From Lytechinus pictus (lineage: Eukaryota), in the NCBI RefSeq assembly GCF_037042905.1, contig NC_087252.1, positions 7,442,001 to 7,506,000 of the forward strand: a stretch of 64,000 nucleotides of DNA. Reading direction: 5' to 3'. A program made the position numbers and the translations under genes. The notes under the pieces are model-generated. The model was not told where the DNA came from. It saw nothing but the letters and a program-made list of their open reading frames with translations, and did no database searches. Positions 62,101 through 64,000 of this stretch are shown here, piece after piece. Position 1 is the stretch's first letter, and each line of letters begins with the position of its first letter.

Positions 62101-63780
62101 CCTTTGAAATATACATCTGTACCATTAAAAGTTCGTCTTGCTCTTTCTTGAGGAAAATAAAAATAAGCTAACATTGACAAAATCCATTTATGATAGGGTG
62201 ACGATGGAAGAGTAGAAAAGATACGCAAAAATGTTGGACATAATAAAGTGCCCTATATAGAGTTTAACAATTACGGAATAAAGCAATATTGCGAAGGAGG
62301 AAAATTGAGAAACAACATAAAAATACAGCATAAAGTGAAAGTTCATGAATAAATAAAATCATGAACAGATGAAAAAAAGAAAAAAAAAGACACAGAGACA
62401 CGTAATAAAGCAATATACACCATAAAGAATGAAGACTATAAACAAATATAACAAATTTATTTATTTATTTAAATATCTTTATACAGGATAACAAGCTCAG
62501 ATTCACTGTTTTTAAACATGGTCCTGTTAAAATGAAATAACAATATATACAAAAAGATAAAAGTGTAACTTAGGTTCTATATACAAATAGTGAATAAATC
62601 CGATATCAATAACATTAAAATCAGAATCATCACTAGTAAAACAATTGTATAAAAATAACATATTCAATTTTTGAGGAATCAATTAAATGAGAACATTTCT
62701 CTCTTGCTTTATTCCATATTTCAAGAGATTTGGGCCTGTATACTAGCAACTTAATATGCCCACCAACTTTTCTATATTGCTTTATTCCGTATATTTATGA
62801 AGTTTGTCACTCTATACTAGCACCTTAATATACCCACAGAAAATTAAATTGTGTTCAAAATTTTCTATATCGCTTTATTCCGTATTTTGATAAGTTTGTC
62901 ACTTTATACCAGCACCTTAATATGCCAACATTTCTGTATTGCTTTATTCTGTATATTTGTTATGCAGTCACTCTATACTGCATCAAATTGATACGGACTA
63001 AAGCAATAGAGAATTAAGAATCTTGGCTCGATCATTCATTAGTACTTTATGCCCACAAACTTTTCTTTATTACTTTATTCCGTGTTTTGGTGAAGCTTAA
63101 TTGTCACTCTTTATTAGCACCTAAATAATTATGCCCCCCCCCCAAAAAAAAAAAAATAATCTATTATTGCGTTTCAACTTTACTATATCGGTTTTTACGT
63201 ATTTTGTTGAAGATTTTATACTCTCACCCGAATATGCCTCCCATTTTTGTTGCCTTATATACTTTTCCTTCGCTCTACCCCCCGCCCAGACAGACATTTC
63301 AAACCCAGAACACCACTTTTCCCGCCCTCCGGTCAATAGTAATTATTAGAATCTCGGTTGATTCGTCGCTATGCTCACCAAGTTTTCTCTATAAGCTTTA
63401 TCCCGTATTTAGTGAAGTTTGTCACTATACTAACACCTTAATCAATTTGCCCATCAAAAAAATCAAATTGCGTTTTAACATATGTTTTTCCTTTATTCCG
63501 TATTTGTAGCTAATCACCTTTGGAATATACATCTGTATCATTAATAGTCCGTCTTGCTCTTTCTTGCGGAAAATAAAAATAAGCTAACATTGACAAAATC
63601 CATTTATGATAGGGTGACGATGGAAGAGTAGAAAAGATACGCAAAAATGTTGGACATAATAAAATGCCCTATATAGAATTTAACAATTACGGAATAAAGC
63701 AATAACGCGAAGGAGGAAAATTGAGAAACAACATAAAAATACAGCATAAAGTGAAAGTTCATGAATATATAAAATCATGC
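59200..63780. repeat. Hierarchical tandem repeat: 74-bp monomer, 338-bp unit x2, ~1.4-kb unit x~2.7
   Basis: TATACT(A)GCACCTTAAT at 59261, 59335, 59525, 59599, 59673, 59863, 59937 and 60011. GGGTGACGATGGAAGAGTAG at ~60792, ~62196 and ~63612. Confidence 0.93.
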
Positions 63781-64000
63781 ATAAAAGTTTATGCATTATG
63801 TGCGAGATGCGGCAAGACACATCTTGATGTCAGTGGGGCACGATTGACTTTTTGAGGGCGCAACTTTTCGCAGAGGATTAGAGTGAGGATTGTTTGAGAG
63901 GATTAGAGTGAAGAAAGAAAGGATAAATGAGAGAGAGATGATTGATGAGCTTGCCGGGCGAAAAAAAAATGAGGAAATTTGTTGACTTGGAATATTTTGG

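Overview
Eukaryotic, AT-rich, transposon-dense animal DNA. The repeat families and gene style suggest an echinoderm such as a sea urchin (inference only). The core is a cluster of three spliced paralogous PR/SET-domain + 12 C2H2 zinc-finger (PRDM-like) genes that I reconstructed exon by exon with phase-consistent GT-AG junctions: gene A (+, 11418-16806, ~900 aa), gene B (-, 34503-29714, ~904 aa) and gene C (-, 56653-43327, ~782 aa). All three lack at least one of the three catalytic tyrosines of PRDM9, and A and B share a near-identical tract restricted to the SET exon, consistent with gene conversion. Around them are a frameshifted CR1/L2-type LINE, tRNA-derived SINEs, Helentron-associated elements and many MITEs. 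One intron of gene C holds a nested stack: a DNA transposon, a Penelope-like fragment and a near-intact Penelope-like element, with two hammerhead-ribozyme motifs on the gene's sense strand. Upstream of gene C, one 9-bp-TSD element carrying a promoter-like cassette is nested in another. The window ends with a perfect 59-bp hairpin, a tRNA-like Pol III box pair and a hierarchical satellite (74 bp / 338 bp / ~1.4 kb).
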